Source: Candidatus Parcubacteria bacterium
Lineage (GTDB): Bacteria; Patescibacteriota; Minisyncoccia; UBA6257; HR35
DNA length: 64,000 bases
NCBI GenBank assembly: GCA_025999335.1
Contig: AP024681.1
Coordinates: 163,656-227,655 of the forward strand
Reading direction: 5' to 3'
Below the pieces are notes generated by a model. That model did no database searches, was not told where the DNA came from, and was given only the letters and a program-made list of their open reading frames with translations. Position 1 is the first letter of the stretch, and the number at the start of each line of letters is the position of its first letter. The position numbers were made by a program, and so were the translations under genes. Below are positions 30,885 to 41,563 of the stretch, piece by piece.

Positions 30885-31229
30885 TTAAATTATTTTAATT
30901 CTTAATAAACGCCTTTTTTGAAGTTTATTTTTAGGCAACATATTTTTAACCACTCTTTTAATAAACTCTAATTTATCTTTTTCCCACAATGTTTTCCATA
31001 AAATTTCTTTACGATGACCTAAATAACCAGTATGCTTAATAAAAACTTCATTCGCTAACTTCTTGCCAGTAAACTTTGCTTTATCAATATTTTCAACCAA
31101 AACATATATAGGCAAATCAATATTTGGCTGATAATCGGGACGATGCTTGCCTTGCAAATATTTTGCAATTTCAGTTGCCAATCTACCAATAGGTCTATTT
31201 TCAGCGTTAATAATTATTTCCTCTTTCAT
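30885..31229 (-). CDS. rplM: 50S ribosomal protein L13 (short form)
   Basis: IGRLATEIAKYLQGKHRPDYQP... matches the uL13 N-terminal core. Confidence 0.75.
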   Translation of the reverse strand: MKEEIIINAENRPIGRLATEIAKYLQGKHRPDYQPNIDLPIYVLVENIDKAKFTGKKLANEVFIKHTGYLGHRKEILWKTLWEKDKLEFIKRVVKNMLPKNKLQKRRLLRIKII

Positions 31230-31266
31230 AATAGAAATTATTATAACATAAATTTAAAAAATCAAA

Positions 31267-31908
31267 TTATATTCTCCAAAGAAAAGGAGGAATTAATCGC
31301 AAATTAGTGCCTACTTCAAATCTATTATCATCATCGCCTCCATCATTAGAAACTTTATCATTAGCCCCGTTCTTTAAAAAGGACTCGCTTTCAAAAGAAA
31401 TTGAAATTTCGTATTGCAATGGCTGAGTTTGAAAAGCATATAAATAATATAAACCTTTTGTAAAAGAATTAATAGGATCAACAGGTAAAGCACTTAAATA
31501 CTGATTGCGCAAATTACTAAAATCAACCGGCAACCAACCTTTACCGTCTATTTTTTGAAGATTATTCAAATGAGTTTGATAAACAAAATAAATTTGACCA
31601 TATGGCCTATAATAGCAACTCCTAAATAAATTTACATCTTCTAAAGGTAATGATAAAAAAATGGTTGGTTCCGACTGATTAATGCCTCTATTAGCCAAAA
31701 AAGGACCATCAAGATCAGGATTAAGTAAACTATTTATATAGGCATTAAGCGTATTCGACAATGTAAAAGCATCGGCAAGCCTTTGATTATCTCTTGTTTT
31801 AGCAAAAAATTCTGTTGCTACAAAATAAATGCCAATAAAACCAAAAATTATCAAACTAATAGCTAAAACAACTAATAATTCTAAATAAGTAAAACCCTTA
31901 TTATCCAT
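31267..31908 (-). CDS. Type IV pilin-like protein
   Basis: Prepilin signal NKG|FTYLELLVVLAISLIIFGFIG with Glu+5. Confidence 0.7.
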   Translation of the reverse strand: MDNKGFTYLELLVVLAISLIIFGFIGIYFVATEFFAKTRDNQRLADAFTLSNTLNAYINSLLNPDLDGPFLANRGINQSEPTIFLSLPLEDVNLFRSCYYRPYGQIYFVYQTHLNNLQKIDGKGWLPVDFSNLRNQYLSALPVDPINSFTKGLYYLYAFQTQPLQYEISISFESESFLKNGANDKVSNDGGDDDNRFEVGTNLRLIPPFLWRI

Positions 31909-31929
31909 AAATCATAAAATCAATATCTG

Positions 31930-32001
31930 AGCCGAGGAGGGGACTTGAACCCCTAACCTGAGGTTTACAAAACCTCTGCTCTGCCGTTGAGCTACCTCGG
32001 C
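31930..32001 (-). tRNA. tRNA-Thr (anticodon TGT)
   Basis: Reverse complement GCCGAGG-TA-GCTC-AACGGCA-GAGC-A-GAGGT-TTTGTAA-ACCTC-AGGTT-AGGGG-TTCAAGT-CCCCT-CCTCGGC-T. Confidence 0.85.
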
Positions 32002-32068
32002 TAAAATTTGCCAATTATTTGATTATAAAACATATTTTATCATATTACAACCTCATTTTAGCGAATAA

Positions 32069-33847
32069 TTATTTTTTTAAATCCAAATAAGCTTTTACTA
32101 GTTCTTTATATAAAGGTAAGGTTGCAACTGAACCTAAAGGAACCTCTTCGATAAGAAGAGTCATAACTACAGCTGGTTTTCCATAAGGAAAATAACCGGT
32201 AAAAATTGCATTAAGTTTTTGTTTGCCTAAAATTTCTGGAGTACCGCTCTTGCCAGCTATAGCCACTGGTAAATCATTTAAAGTCTTTGCCGTACCATTA
32301 GTCACTGTCATTCTCATGCCCTGTTGAATTATTTTTAAATTATTTTCATTAATAATATTATCTCTAATTATTTCCTTTTGTCGCTCAAAAATAATTCTCC
32401 CCGAGTTATCAATAATTTTTTTAACCAAAAATGGTTTGTATATTTTATTAGTTGCCATAGCTCCGGTCCAAAGAGCAATCTGCAATGGAGTAACTAATAA
32501 ATCTCCTTGACCAATAGAAACATTATAAGTATCACCTAAACGCCATTGTTTATCAAACAAATGTCTCGCTTTCCATTCCGGCGACGGCAAAAGACCTGCT
32601 TTTTCATTAGGAAAATCTATGCCGGATTTTTCGCCTAAATTATATTTTTTCCAGTACTCTATTAAACGATAAATACCTAAACCTGATTTAATTGGAATTT
32701 GTTCATCGTCATCAGGGTAACCACCGCCAACAACATAAAAATAAATATTTACTGAATTAGCAATAGCTTTATAAATATCTGTCCAACCATGAACTTTATT
32801 ATCTTTAAAAATTGAATAACTACCAGGTATATAAGGATTTTTTATTCTCAATAAACCGTTAGCAAAAATTTTAGTTTCAGGAGTAACTATTTTTTCTTCT
32901 AAAGCTGCTGCCGCTACAATCAATTTAATCGTCGAACCAGGTGAATAAAGACCGCTAATTACTCGATTAAATAATGGTTGTTCAGAATTGTTTAAAATAG
33001 TAGCTGTCTTTTGGGGATCATTAATAAAAACCAAAGGATCATAAGATGGATAAGATATTAAAGCAATAATTTCGCCGCTATTAGGATCAAAAGCTACAAA
33101 AGCAGCTTTCTTATAATTATTTTCTTTCATATAACTATCAATTAATTGGTAAGCTTTTTTTTGAAATGAAGAATCAACAGTTAAATAAAGCGAACTACCG
33201 ATAGATGGCAAGCTTTCTTCAACTTTCTTGAGCTGATCTTTATCTTTTTTATAAACAATCCTACCAGCCGAACCATGCAGATAACGATCATAGTATAATT
33301 CTAAACCTGTTTTGCCGATAAACTCTTCTTTATAATACTGATCATTATCTTCATCAACGAATCCAATATAACCTATTAAATTACCAAATTCTTCATTAAC
33401 TTTATAATCTCTTTGAAAAGAAGGAACTGGTTGAATTGCTTTATCTTTATTAAAAAATTTTAAAGCTATCTCGGGATTAACATTTCTAACTATAATTTGA
33501 TTACCTCGATAAAAAACTCTCCCGGCGGCAAATAATTCAGACAAATCAATATTCTTATTAACTTTAGCAACATCTATGTAGAAATCAAAAACTTTTTTAA
33601 AAGTTGCTAAAACTTTTCCGGAATTATCATAAATCTCACCCCGCGGAGCAAAAGATAAATATATTAAACTAGTAATTGATTCTTCAATGTCAGCAAAAGT
33701 TTTTTTTAAAAAAAATTGCAAATAAAAAAAATAAACAATAATAATGATTAAAATTAATAAAAAAATTGTCTTCCATAGCAAAGCATTAGAAACAACTTTC
33801 AATTTAATTCTTTCACCTCTTGGCTGAAAAAAATTATCAAAATCCAT
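32069..33847 (-). CDS. mrdA: Penicillin-binding protein 2-type transpeptidase (class B PBP)
   Basis: N-terminal TM; SxxK (STIK), SxN and KSGT motifs; located after mreBCD. Confidence 0.75.
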   Translation of the reverse strand: MDFDNFFQPRGERIKLKVVSNALLWKTIFLLILIIIIVYFFYLQFFLKKTFADIEESITSLIYLSFAPRGEIYDNSGKVLATFKKVFDFYIDVAKVNKNIDLSELFAAGRVFYRGNQIIVRNVNPEIALKFFNKDKAIQPVPSFQRDYKVNEEFGNLIGYIGFVDEDNDQYYKEEFIGKTGLELYYDRYLHGSAGRIVYKKDKDQLKKVEESLPSIGSSLYLTVDSSFQKKAYQLIDSYMKENNYKKAAFVAFDPNSGEIIALISYPSYDPLVFINDPQKTATILNNSEQPLFNRVISGLYSPGSTIKLIVAAAALEEKIVTPETKIFANGLLRIKNPYIPGSYSIFKDNKVHGWTDIYKAIANSVNIYFYVVGGGYPDDDEQIPIKSGLGIYRLIEYWKKYNLGEKSGIDFPNEKAGLLPSPEWKARHLFDKQWRLGDTYNVSIGQGDLLVTPLQIALWTGAMATNKIYKPFLVKKIIDNSGRIIFERQKEIIRDNIINENNLKIIQQGMRMTVTNGTAKTLNDLPVAIAGKSGTPEILGKQKLNAIFTGYFPYGKPAVVMTLLIEEVPLGSVATLPLYKELVKAYLDLKK

Positions 33848-33868
33848 AAAAAGTTATAAAACAAAATT

Positions 33869-34276
33869 TTATAAAAATATTCTGCTTATCTCTAAATATA
33901 ATAATTGAAAAATAAAATTAGCAAAAATCAGCTTAAACCATAAAGATATATCAAAAGGATAATTCATAGCATAAACAAAAATAATAAAAAAGATAATATT
34001 AAAAATAAAAATAAAAAAAACACGCTGATAAAAAAAAGAATTATTAATAAATTTATCTAGCAAAACCATTATAAAAAGAACTAAACTGACGATCAAACTA
34101 AAAAAACCGAAATTTTTAATAAAAAATAAATCTGTCAAAAGAGTAAAAATTAATAATTTAAAAATAAATTTTTCTGAACGAAAAAATAAAAATTCTCTTA
34201 AAATAGGAGCTAAACAAATAACCAATAAAGAAAAAAATGGTTGTAAAAATACTATTGTTGCTAAACTAAAAATCAT
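33869..34276 (-). CDS. mreD: Probable rod shape-determining protein MreD
   Basis: Small polytopic membrane protein at the conserved position after mreC; 4-nt overlap. Confidence 0.45.
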   Translation of the reverse strand: MIFSLATIVFLQPFFSLLVICLAPILREFLFFRSEKFIFKLLIFTLLTDLFFIKNFGFFSLIVSLVLFIMVLLDKFINNSFFYQRVFFIFIFNIIFFIIFVYAMNYPFDISLWFKLIFANFIFQLLYLEISRIFL

Positions 34277-34998
34277 TTTTCAAAAACCAAAAAATGACTA
34301 GCTTCATCATCAAAAGCAATCTTAGCTATCAGGCGCGGATTTAATTGGTTTAAGTCTAAATCAACAACTGAACCAATAACCAAATTAGATAAGAAATAAT
34401 CTTTATCCGTAAAAATTAAATCATTAATATTCAATTTAACATCTTTAAACAAAGCAACTTCAATAAAACCATTAGAAATTGTTTTAGCTAAACCAATAAT
34501 CGTGCCATTTTTATCGCTTACATTAAATGTTTGATTAGGCACTAACAAAGATTCAACTAAGGCATAAGAAGAAAAAACTTTCTTTACCTTGCCAACTAAA
34601 ATAAAATTTTTATCCAAGATTATATCGCCTGGCGTTAAATTATCACCTTGAATATAAAAATAACCGAAATTATCTTTCTTAAGAACTTTTACTTCTCGAA
34701 CTTGTTTGTTTAAATCTTCCAAACGCGATAAATCATTAATAATATCCTTATTTTTAAGACTAATCTTAATAGCAGCTAATTCTTTTAAAAGATCAAAGTA
34801 TTTCTTTTTATAGATATCAGCATCATCTTTATAAAAAAATTTCTTAATAATTTCATTAATTTTTCCTTGTAAGTCTAAGGAAAAACTAAAAAAATAATTT
34901 TGCATTTGTTGAGCTAGGGTTATGTTCGAACCAACAAATAACAAAACACTGCCAATAATAAATAAAATGGCGATTTTTTTTAATTTAACTAGAAACAT
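34273..34998 (-). CDS. mreC: Probable rod shape-determining protein MreC
   Basis: N-terminal TM, coiled-coil segment, beta-rich C-domain; position between mreB and mreD. Confidence 0.5.
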   Translation of the reverse strand: MFLVKLKKIAILFIIGSVLLFVGSNITLAQQMQNYFFSFSLDLQGKINEIIKKFFYKDDADIYKKKYFDLLKELAAIKISLKNKDIINDLSRLEDLNKQVREVKVLKKDNFGYFYIQGDNLTPGDIILDKNFILVGKVKKVFSSYALVESLLVPNQTFNVSDKNGTIIGLAKTISNGFIEVALFKDVKLNINDLIFTDKDYFLSNLVIGSVVDLDLNQLNPRLIAKIAFDDEASHFLVFEK

Positions 34999-36010
34999 TG
35001 ATTAAAAGCTTTTGATAATGATTTAAATCTTCTAAAATTTTACCTATACCGCGAATAACTGAATATTTAGGTTCTTCAATAACATTAATTTTTAATTTAA
35101 CTTCTTTTTCGATAAAACTATCAATGCCATGAATTAACGATCCTCCACCAGCAAGATAAATTCCGTTTTCGCTAATATCACCCAAAAGATCAGGCGGCGC
35201 TAAATTTAAAATATCTTTAATAACATTTACGATTTCTTCAAGATCCTCTAAAATGCTTTCCCTTAAATCAGAACTATGAAAAGTAACTTCTTTGGGTAAA
35301 CCAGTGATAATATCTCTACCTTTTAAAACAAATGATTGATTTGATTTAACTAAAATATTACTTACGGATATTTTTGCTTCTTCAGCTTGGCGTTCGCCAA
35401 TAACTAAATTATATTTACTTTTTATATGATTAACAATACCTAAATTAAATGTATCGCCTCCTATTCTAATACTTCTTCCAATAACAACACCACCCAAAGA
35501 AATTAAAGCTATATCCGTCGTCCCTCCGCCAATGTCTACAATAAATACTCCTCGCGCCTCTTCAATATCTAAATTTGCTCCTAAAGCTGCTGCCATCGGT
35601 TCTTCAACTAAAAAAACTTTTTTAACCCCACAACCTAAAGCAACATCAATAACTCCTTTTTTTTGCACTTCGGTTAAATCTAAAGGAACGCCAATAACCA
35701 TTTTTATGCCAAAAAGACCAAGGTATTCTTTTTTAATTTTTTCAATTACTTTTTCTAAAAAAACCAAAGCTTCATCAAAATGAGTTACCACTCCTTTTAA
35801 GATAGGCCTAACAACATTAATATTTTGAGGATTGCGACCTAACATATTTTTAGCTTCATCGCCTATAGCAATTACAGAATTATTTTGATTATTAAAAGCA
35901 ATCACCGTCGGCAATTCAGTGACCATACCTATTTCTTTTAAATAAACCTTGGTATAAGCTGTTCCTAAATCAACGCCTATCAATAAATTACTTTTAATTT
36001 TTACAATCAT
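34985..36010 (-). CDS. mreB: Actin-like rod shape protein MreB
   Basis: IGVDLGTAYTKVY phosphate-1 motif; DIGGGTTD; 341 aa. Confidence 0.85.
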   Translation of the reverse strand: MIVKIKSNLLIGVDLGTAYTKVYLKEIGMVTELPTVIAFNNQNNSVIAIGDEAKNMLGRNPQNINVVRPILKGVVTHFDEALVFLEKVIEKIKKEYLGLFGIKMVIGVPLDLTEVQKKGVIDVALGCGVKKVFLVEEPMAAALGANLDIEEARGVFIVDIGGGTTDIALISLGGVVIGRSIRIGGDTFNLGIVNHIKSKYNLVIGERQAEEAKISVSNILVKSNQSFVLKGRDIITGLPKEVTFHSSDLRESILEDLEEIVNVIKDILNLAPPDLLGDISENGIYLAGGGSLIHGIDSFIEKEVKLKINVIEEPKYSVIRGIGKILEDLNHYQKLLINVSS

Positions 36011-36138
36011 CTTTAAAATAATTATAAATTAAATTTAATAATTACCATTATAAAATATATTGTTTTTTAAACCATTCATTAACTTCATCTTTAAATGAAT
36101 AATTAAAAATTAATTACCCGATAAATTAATTACTGCGC

Positions 36139-37203
36139 TTAACTTTTCAAAAATAAAAAATAAATATCTTTCAAAGAAATAAAAACCATTAAAATTAAAA
36201 GAATAATAAATCCAATTTTATGTATGCTTTCTTCTTGTTGAAAGGTTAATTTAATATTAAAACTTTCTAAAATTGTAAACAATAAACGCCCACCATCAAG
36301 AGCTGGAATAGGCAATAAGTTAATGAAAGCAAGGTTTAATGATATAATTGCCAAAAAATACAATAAGGTACCTATGCCTAAAAATGAAAAGAAAGTAAAA
36401 ATATTATAAATGCCAAAAATACTCGCTGTATTATTAGCAACAACATCAAAACGAAATTGTCCTAAAGAATATAATAACATTCCTAAACCCTTAATAATAT
36501 TTTTACCTTCAGTGAATAATAAATAAAAACCATCAACATAACTTGCTCTTAAAGAATTACTTTTATGATATCGCATATCATAGTTTAATAAACCTATGCC
36601 TAAGACACCAGAATTAGGCACGGTTACCTTAACATCTAAAAGCTGCTCCTGTCTTTTTACAATTAAAACAATTTCTTTATTAGTATGCTGATGTAAAAAC
36701 GATAATAAATCTTTATGATTATTAAAATAATAAGTTTCTTTACCAAAACGTACGCCTATAATCTTATCTAGAATTCGTAATTGAGATTTGACTTCGCTAA
36801 TTGCCTGATCTAAATTAATTACTGTAATTGCTTTTTGAACCTGATTATTTACTACCGCTGGCATATAATAACCAAAATAAGCACTAAAAGCTAACATTAA
36901 ATAAGCTGCAAGAATATTAAAGAAAATGCCAGCTATAATAATAAAAATTTTTTTTAACTTCGGTAAATTTAAAAAACCTTCAGGATCATCGGGGTCGTCT
37001 TCTCCGCGCAAACGAACAAAACCGCCAAAGATAATTAAACCAACAGAATAAACAGTCTCTCCGTATTTCTTTGAAAATAAGCGCGGAGGAAAGCCTAAAC
37101 AAAATTCTTCAACTTTTAAACCGCTTTTTTTAGCAGCTAAAAAGTGACCTAATTCATGAACAAATATTAAAAATCCGATAGCAATTAAAAAATAAAATAT
37201 CAT
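36139..37203 (-). CDS. rseP: Site-2 protease RseP (M50 zinc metalloprotease) with PDZ-like segment
   Basis: HELGHF zinc motif in TM1; LDG motif near the C-terminus. Confidence 0.75.
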   Translation of the reverse strand: MIFYFLIAIGFLIFVHELGHFLAAKKSGLKVEEFCLGFPPRLFSKKYGETVYSVGLIIFGGFVRLRGEDDPDDPEGFLNLPKLKKIFIIIAGIFFNILAAYLMLAFSAYFGYYMPAVVNNQVQKAITVINLDQAISEVKSQLRILDKIIGVRFGKETYYFNNHKDLLSFLHQHTNKEIVLIVKRQEQLLDVKVTVPNSGVLGIGLLNYDMRYHKSNSLRASYVDGFYLLFTEGKNIIKGLGMLLYSLGQFRFDVVANNTASIFGIYNIFTFFSFLGIGTLLYFLAIISLNLAFINLLPIPALDGGRLLFTILESFNIKLTFQQEESIHKIGFIILLILMVFISLKDIYFLFLKS

Positions 37204-37212
37204 TGTTAAAAT

Positions 37213-37752
37213 TTATAAAAGCTCTTTTTCTTTAGTCGCAAAAATATTATCGACGTCTTTATTAAATTTATCCATCTCTTTGTCAACGGCTTCTTTAGAT
37301 TTATAAAACTGATCTTCAGATATTTCTTTATTATCTTTTTTATTTTTCAATTCCTTTAAATAATGATCTCGTAAAACTCTTGATTTAATCCTTATATCTT
37401 CTCTTAAAGAATGCAAATTTTTAATCAAATTTTTTCTCATTTCTTCGGTTAAAGGCGAAAATTTTATCATTAAACTATTTTTCTGTCTGCTTAAAGTAAA
37501 ATAATTATCACCTGACTGCAAGCCTTTTTCAATATCAGCCAACGAATTAACATCATAAGGATCAAATTTAAATGTTAAAGGATCGAGCTGAGAAATCAAG
37601 CCTAAAGATTTTAAAGGCATTTTTTGACCATAAACTTCAATGTCTTTATTTTCTAATAAACCTAAAGATAATTTATAACCTCTGATCGTCATCAATCTAT
37701 CTTGAAAATCTTTTTTTAAAGCAGCTAATTTGTCTTGAAAATCTTTAATCAT
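37213..37752 (-). CDS. frr: Ribosome recycling factor
   Basis: 179 aa; RRF-like sequence throughout (RGYKLSLGLLEN...). Confidence 0.8.
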   Translation of the reverse strand: MIKDFQDKLAALKKDFQDRLMTIRGYKLSLGLLENKDIEVYGQKMPLKSLGLISQLDPLTFKFDPYDVNSLADIEKGLQSGDNYFTLSRQKNSLMIKFSPLTEEMRKNLIKNLHSLREDIRIKSRVLRDHYLKELKNKKDNKEISEDQFYKSKEAVDKEMDKFNKDVDNIFATKEKELL

Positions 37753-37905
37753 TCTAAATTAAAAATAATAAGTAAATAACGACGTAAATTAATATCAAAA
37801 AATTTAATATCTAAAATTCTTAATAAAAAATCTGTTTCCACAACCACAATAATAACGTAAATTAATAATAACAATAAAACTATTTTTTTCAAAGTATCCC
37901 AAACT

Positions 37906-38757
37906 TCATCCATAGTTTAAAACTAAATTAGCAAGTTGCACATCGAAATTTAAATCATTATACAAAAATAAATCAAAAACTTTATAATAACTCTCAATTT
38001 CTTGATCACTCAAATCATCGCTTAAAAGTCTATCTTTAGCTAACAAAATGAAATATTCTGATAATTCCTTTAAAGAAAAATTTTTCTTTAATGAATCTAT
38101 CATTTGTATTTTATCAATTTTTGAAGCTTTTAAAAATTTTAATAATAACATTATCTTATTTTTTTGCTGCCAGGCGGTATGAATTTTACCTGGTTGCCCT
38201 GGATAGATTTTGAGAAGAAAATTTATCAGCTGTTTATTGGTTTTATTCTTAATTTTTGTCTGATCAATTGTTGTGGCTAAAAAATCGTCCATTTCTTTTT
38301 TACTAACAAGATTAAAGCGCAAGATTAAACAACGTGAACGAATTGTTGGTAAAATACTATAAAAACTATGAGTAATAAAAATAAAAATATTATTGTTTTG
38401 TATATCTTCTAATGTTTTCAATAAAGTATTTTGGCTTTCTTTTGTAAATTTATGAAAATCATTAATCAAAAAAAATTTCTTTAAAGTTGCCTGCCTTGAT
38501 AAAGAAACAATCATACGAGCAGTGTCAATAGAATAGAATTTATTGCCTGCCGGTTGACTAAAAATTATTAACTCACCATTTTTATTGAAAGACAAAAAAT
38601 TTTTAACAAAAGTAAATTTACCAACACCTTCGGGTCCGACAAGCAATAAAGTTCCTTTTTGTATTTCTTGTAAAATTTTAGCTAAAGATGCAAATTTAGC
38701 GCTATTGCCGACTAAATTAAAACTTAAAGAAAAATTAGACATTTTAATGTTGAACAA
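37906..38757 (-). CDS. holB: DNA polymerase III clamp-loader delta' subunit-like
   Basis: AAA+ P-loop-like LLVGPEGVGKFTF; SRC sensor motif (TIRSRC). Confidence 0.6.
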   Translation of the reverse strand: MFNIKMSNFSLSFNLVGNSAKFASLAKILQEIQKGTLLLVGPEGVGKFTFVKNFLSFNKNGELIIFSQPAGNKFYSIDTARMIVSLSRQATLKKFFLINDFHKFTKESQNTLLKTLEDIQNNNIFIFITHSFYSILPTIRSRCLILRFNLVSKKEMDDFLATTIDQTKIKNKTNKQLINFLLKIYPGQPGKIHTAWQQKNKIMLLLKFLKASKIDKIQMIDSLKKNFSLKELSEYFILLAKDRLLSDDLSDQEIESYYKVFDLFLYNDLNFDVQLANLVLNYG

Positions 38758-39832
38758 CTAAACGGTAAACATCAATTTTATCTAAAACCTTACCTGTACC
38801 TCGCGCCACAGCATACAAAGGATCATCAACGATAAAAGCCTTAACGCCAGTTTGCTGATGAATTAAAGTATTAATATTACGCAAAAGAGCGCCACCTCCA
38901 GAAACAAATAGACCCTTTTCCATAATATCCGCAACCAACTCAGGCGGTGTGTTTGTTAAAACACGCTTAATACCGCTAACAATTTCCTTTAATTCGCGTT
39001 GCAATGATTCTGCTACTTGATAAGAACCTAATTTTATTTGTTTTGGCAAGCCGCTAATTAAATCAATGCCGCTCACTTCCATAAATAACTCCTTATTATT
39101 GTCGTCTTTATTATTTTTATCATCTTTATTATTTTTACTATTAAAAGTTAGCGCTGAACCTATTTTAATCTTTATTGTTTCAGCTGTTTTTTCGCCAACT
39201 GCTAAATTAAATTTTCGTCGCAAATACTCCCTAATTGATTCATCCATTTTATCGCCAGCTACTTTTAAAGATTCGAAAGTTACTATACCACCTAAAGATA
39301 TTACCGCAATTTCTGTTGTTCCTCCTCCAATATTAACAATCATATTACCAATTGGATTTTGAATAGACATTTCAGCACCTAAAGCTGCTAATAATGGTTC
39401 TTTAATAGGAAACACTTCCCGCGCGCCTGCTTCTAAACCAGCGTCAATGATTGCTCTTCTTTCTGTTGAAGTTATACCCGCAGGCACAGAAATAACTAAA
39501 ATTGGCTTAAAAAATCTAATTAACTTTAGTTTATTTAAAAAATATTTCAAAATAGCTAAAGTTGCCTTATAATCAGCGATAACACCTTCTTTCAAAGGCC
39601 TAAAGATTTGGATTTCTTTAGGCGTCTTGCCGATCATATCTTTTGCTTCTTTGCCAACTGCTAAAATATTTCTTCTATTTTCGTCATAAGCAACAACGGT
39701 TGGCTCAGTAATAACAACTCCTTTATTTGGCAAATAAACATTAGTATTAGCTGTGCCTAAATCGATACCTACTTTAAACATAATATTTTTTAAGTTACCT
39801 TTATTTTTAATATAATATAATTTTAATGACAA
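38744..39832 (-). CDS. Second MreB/actin-like paralog with low-complexity NK/D-rich insert
   Basis: VGIDLGTANTNVY, NIGGGTTE; insert NKNNKDDKNNKDDNNKELF. Confidence 0.8.
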   Translation of the reverse strand: MSLKLYYIKNKGNLKNIMFKVGIDLGTANTNVYLPNKGVVITEPTVVAYDENRRNILAVGKEAKDMIGKTPKEIQIFRPLKEGVIADYKATLAILKYFLNKLKLIRFFKPILVISVPAGITSTERRAIIDAGLEAGAREVFPIKEPLLAALGAEMSIQNPIGNMIVNIGGGTTEIAVISLGGIVTFESLKVAGDKMDESIREYLRRKFNLAVGEKTAETIKIKIGSALTFNSKNNKDDKNNKDDNNKELFMEVSGIDLISGLPKQIKLGSYQVAESLQRELKEIVSGIKRVLTNTPPELVADIMEKGLFVSGGGALLRNINTLIHQQTGVKAFIVDDPLYAVARGTGKVLDKIDVYRLVVQH

Positions 39833-41553
39833 TAACCAAAAAATATTTTATCGTAGATATTATACCACTAATCAACCTTCCACAACAAGCTCCCGATTAT
39901 TTTTCCTACTTCAGTAATTTAAAAATTAAACAAGGGGCTATTGTTGAAATAAATTTTAAAAAGCAAAGAATTTATGGATTTGTTAATAAAGTCTTACAAC
40001 CATCACAAAAAAGATTAATCTTAAAAAAAGCAACTTTTAAATTAAAACCGGTTTTAAAAATCATCAATAATCAACCAGTAATAGGCGTTGACGAATTAAA
40101 TTTAGCTAAATGGTTAAAGAATTATGCTTGTGTTTCTTTGGCTACTGCCTTAAATTTTTTTGTTCCTTATAAAAAAATTTTATTTCTAAAAAATCAAAAC
40201 AATACTCGTCATTTTAAAAAAAACAAAAAATATACAACTTACTACCATCAACACTTAGATAATCAAATTTTGCAAAACAAAAAAACATTAATTATCACCC
40301 CTCAGACTTCCTACATCAATTATCTTGCTCAAAAAATACCGCCAGCGATTGTCATTACCGATAAAAAAATCAATCAATCAACAATAGAAAAAATTATGGG
40401 CAATAATAAAAATATCTTTATAAGCGTTAAAAATGGAATCTTTTTGCCCTGGAAATTTTTAGATCAAATTATTATTTACCACGAAGGTTCAATATTTTAT
40501 AAAGAAACTTTTCGATCTCCATTTATTGATTATCGTAAAATATTTACTAAATTCTCTCAATATCACAAAATTGATTGCCATATCGTTGACGACTTACCAT
40601 CATTCGATTTCATTAAAAATCATAAAATTAATAATTATCAAAAAATTAACTTCTCGATTATAAACTCAATAGATCATTTCGAAAAAGAAATTGTTAATTT
40701 TAAAAAAACAATCATCTTTGTGCCTCAAAAAGCATTTGCTCAAAAAATTATATGCCACAATTGCCTTTCCTCTCTTGTCTGCCCTCAATGCAACCATTAT
40801 CTTATTTTTGACAACAAGCAACCTTATTGTTATATCTGCCTAACAACAATGAAAATGCCTGAACAATGTTTTAATTGCCATCAACAAAATTCCTTTGTTC
40901 TTAACCAATATGGCGTCAAAGGCATTGCTCAATTGCTTAATAACTTAAATAAAGAAATAATTATTTTAGAAAAAAATAAACGCCGTTATATAAAAGATTT
41001 TCAACAAAAAGAACAGATTTATCTAATAGGCAGTCTCTATCTTCTTAATCCCTTTCTCAAGGCAAGCGATTATGAAGCTTTTTTCTTTATTAATTTTCAT
41101 CAATTTTATACAACAAACGATTTTTTTCTTAAAGAAAAATTTTTGCGTATTTTATATTTCTTTTATAAAAAAAACACCAAAATATTTCTGGTAACCAATA
41201 TTCGCGATGAAAATATAGAAAAGGCTATTCAAACAGGTGAAATAATTAATATTCTCTTAAAAGAAAGAGAGATGTCAATGCTACCTCCTTTTAAGCGCTT
41301 AATCCTTTTAAAAGAAGGTTCTACAGATATCAAAAAAATACAACAAAAATTATTAACTATTAAAAATAATCTTAAGCAAGAAACAAAATCGGTAGAATTA
41401 TTTGGTCCTATGTTTGCCAAACCTTTTAAACAAAAAAGAAGATTCTTTCTTGAATTAATTATGAAAACTAATACTAATCTTAATTTAAATTTACATAAAA
41501 TTCTTCATAAGTACGATATTGAATATATTGACATTGATGCTTTATCTTTTTAA
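39826..41553 (+). CDS. PriA-like primosomal protein N' with degenerate helicase core
   Basis: N-terminal 3'-DNA-binding-like domain; Cys-rich CxxC x4 cluster (CHNCLSSLVCPQCNHY...CYIC...CFNCH); no Walker A GxGKT detected. Confidence 0.45.
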   Translation: MTITKKYFIVDIIPLINLPQQAPDYFSYFSNLKIKQGAIVEINFKKQRIYGFVNKVLQPSQKRLILKKATFKLKPVLKIINNQPVIGVDELNLAKWLKNYACVSLATALNFFVPYKKILFLKNQNNTRHFKKNKKYTTYYHQHLDNQILQNKKTLIITPQTSYINYLAQKIPPAIVITDKKINQSTIEKIMGNNKNIFISVKNGIFLPWKFLDQIIIYHEGSIFYKETFRSPFIDYRKIFTKFSQYHKIDCHIVDDLPSFDFIKNHKINNYQKINFSIINSIDHFEKEIVNFKKTIIFVPQKAFAQKIICHNCLSSLVCPQCNHYLIFDNKQPYCYICLTTMKMPEQCFNCHQQNSFVLNQYGVKGIAQLLNNLNKEIIILEKNKRRYIKDFQQKEQIYLIGSLYLLNPFLKASDYEAFFFINFHQFYTTNDFFLKEKFLRILYFFYKKNTKIFLVTNIRDENIEKAIQTGEIINILLKEREMSMLPPFKRLILLKEGSTDIKKIQQKLLTIKNNLKQETKSVELFGPMFAKPFKQKRRFFLELIMKTNTNLNLNLHKILHKYDIEYIDIDALSF

Positions 41554-41563
41554 TAACTAAAAA

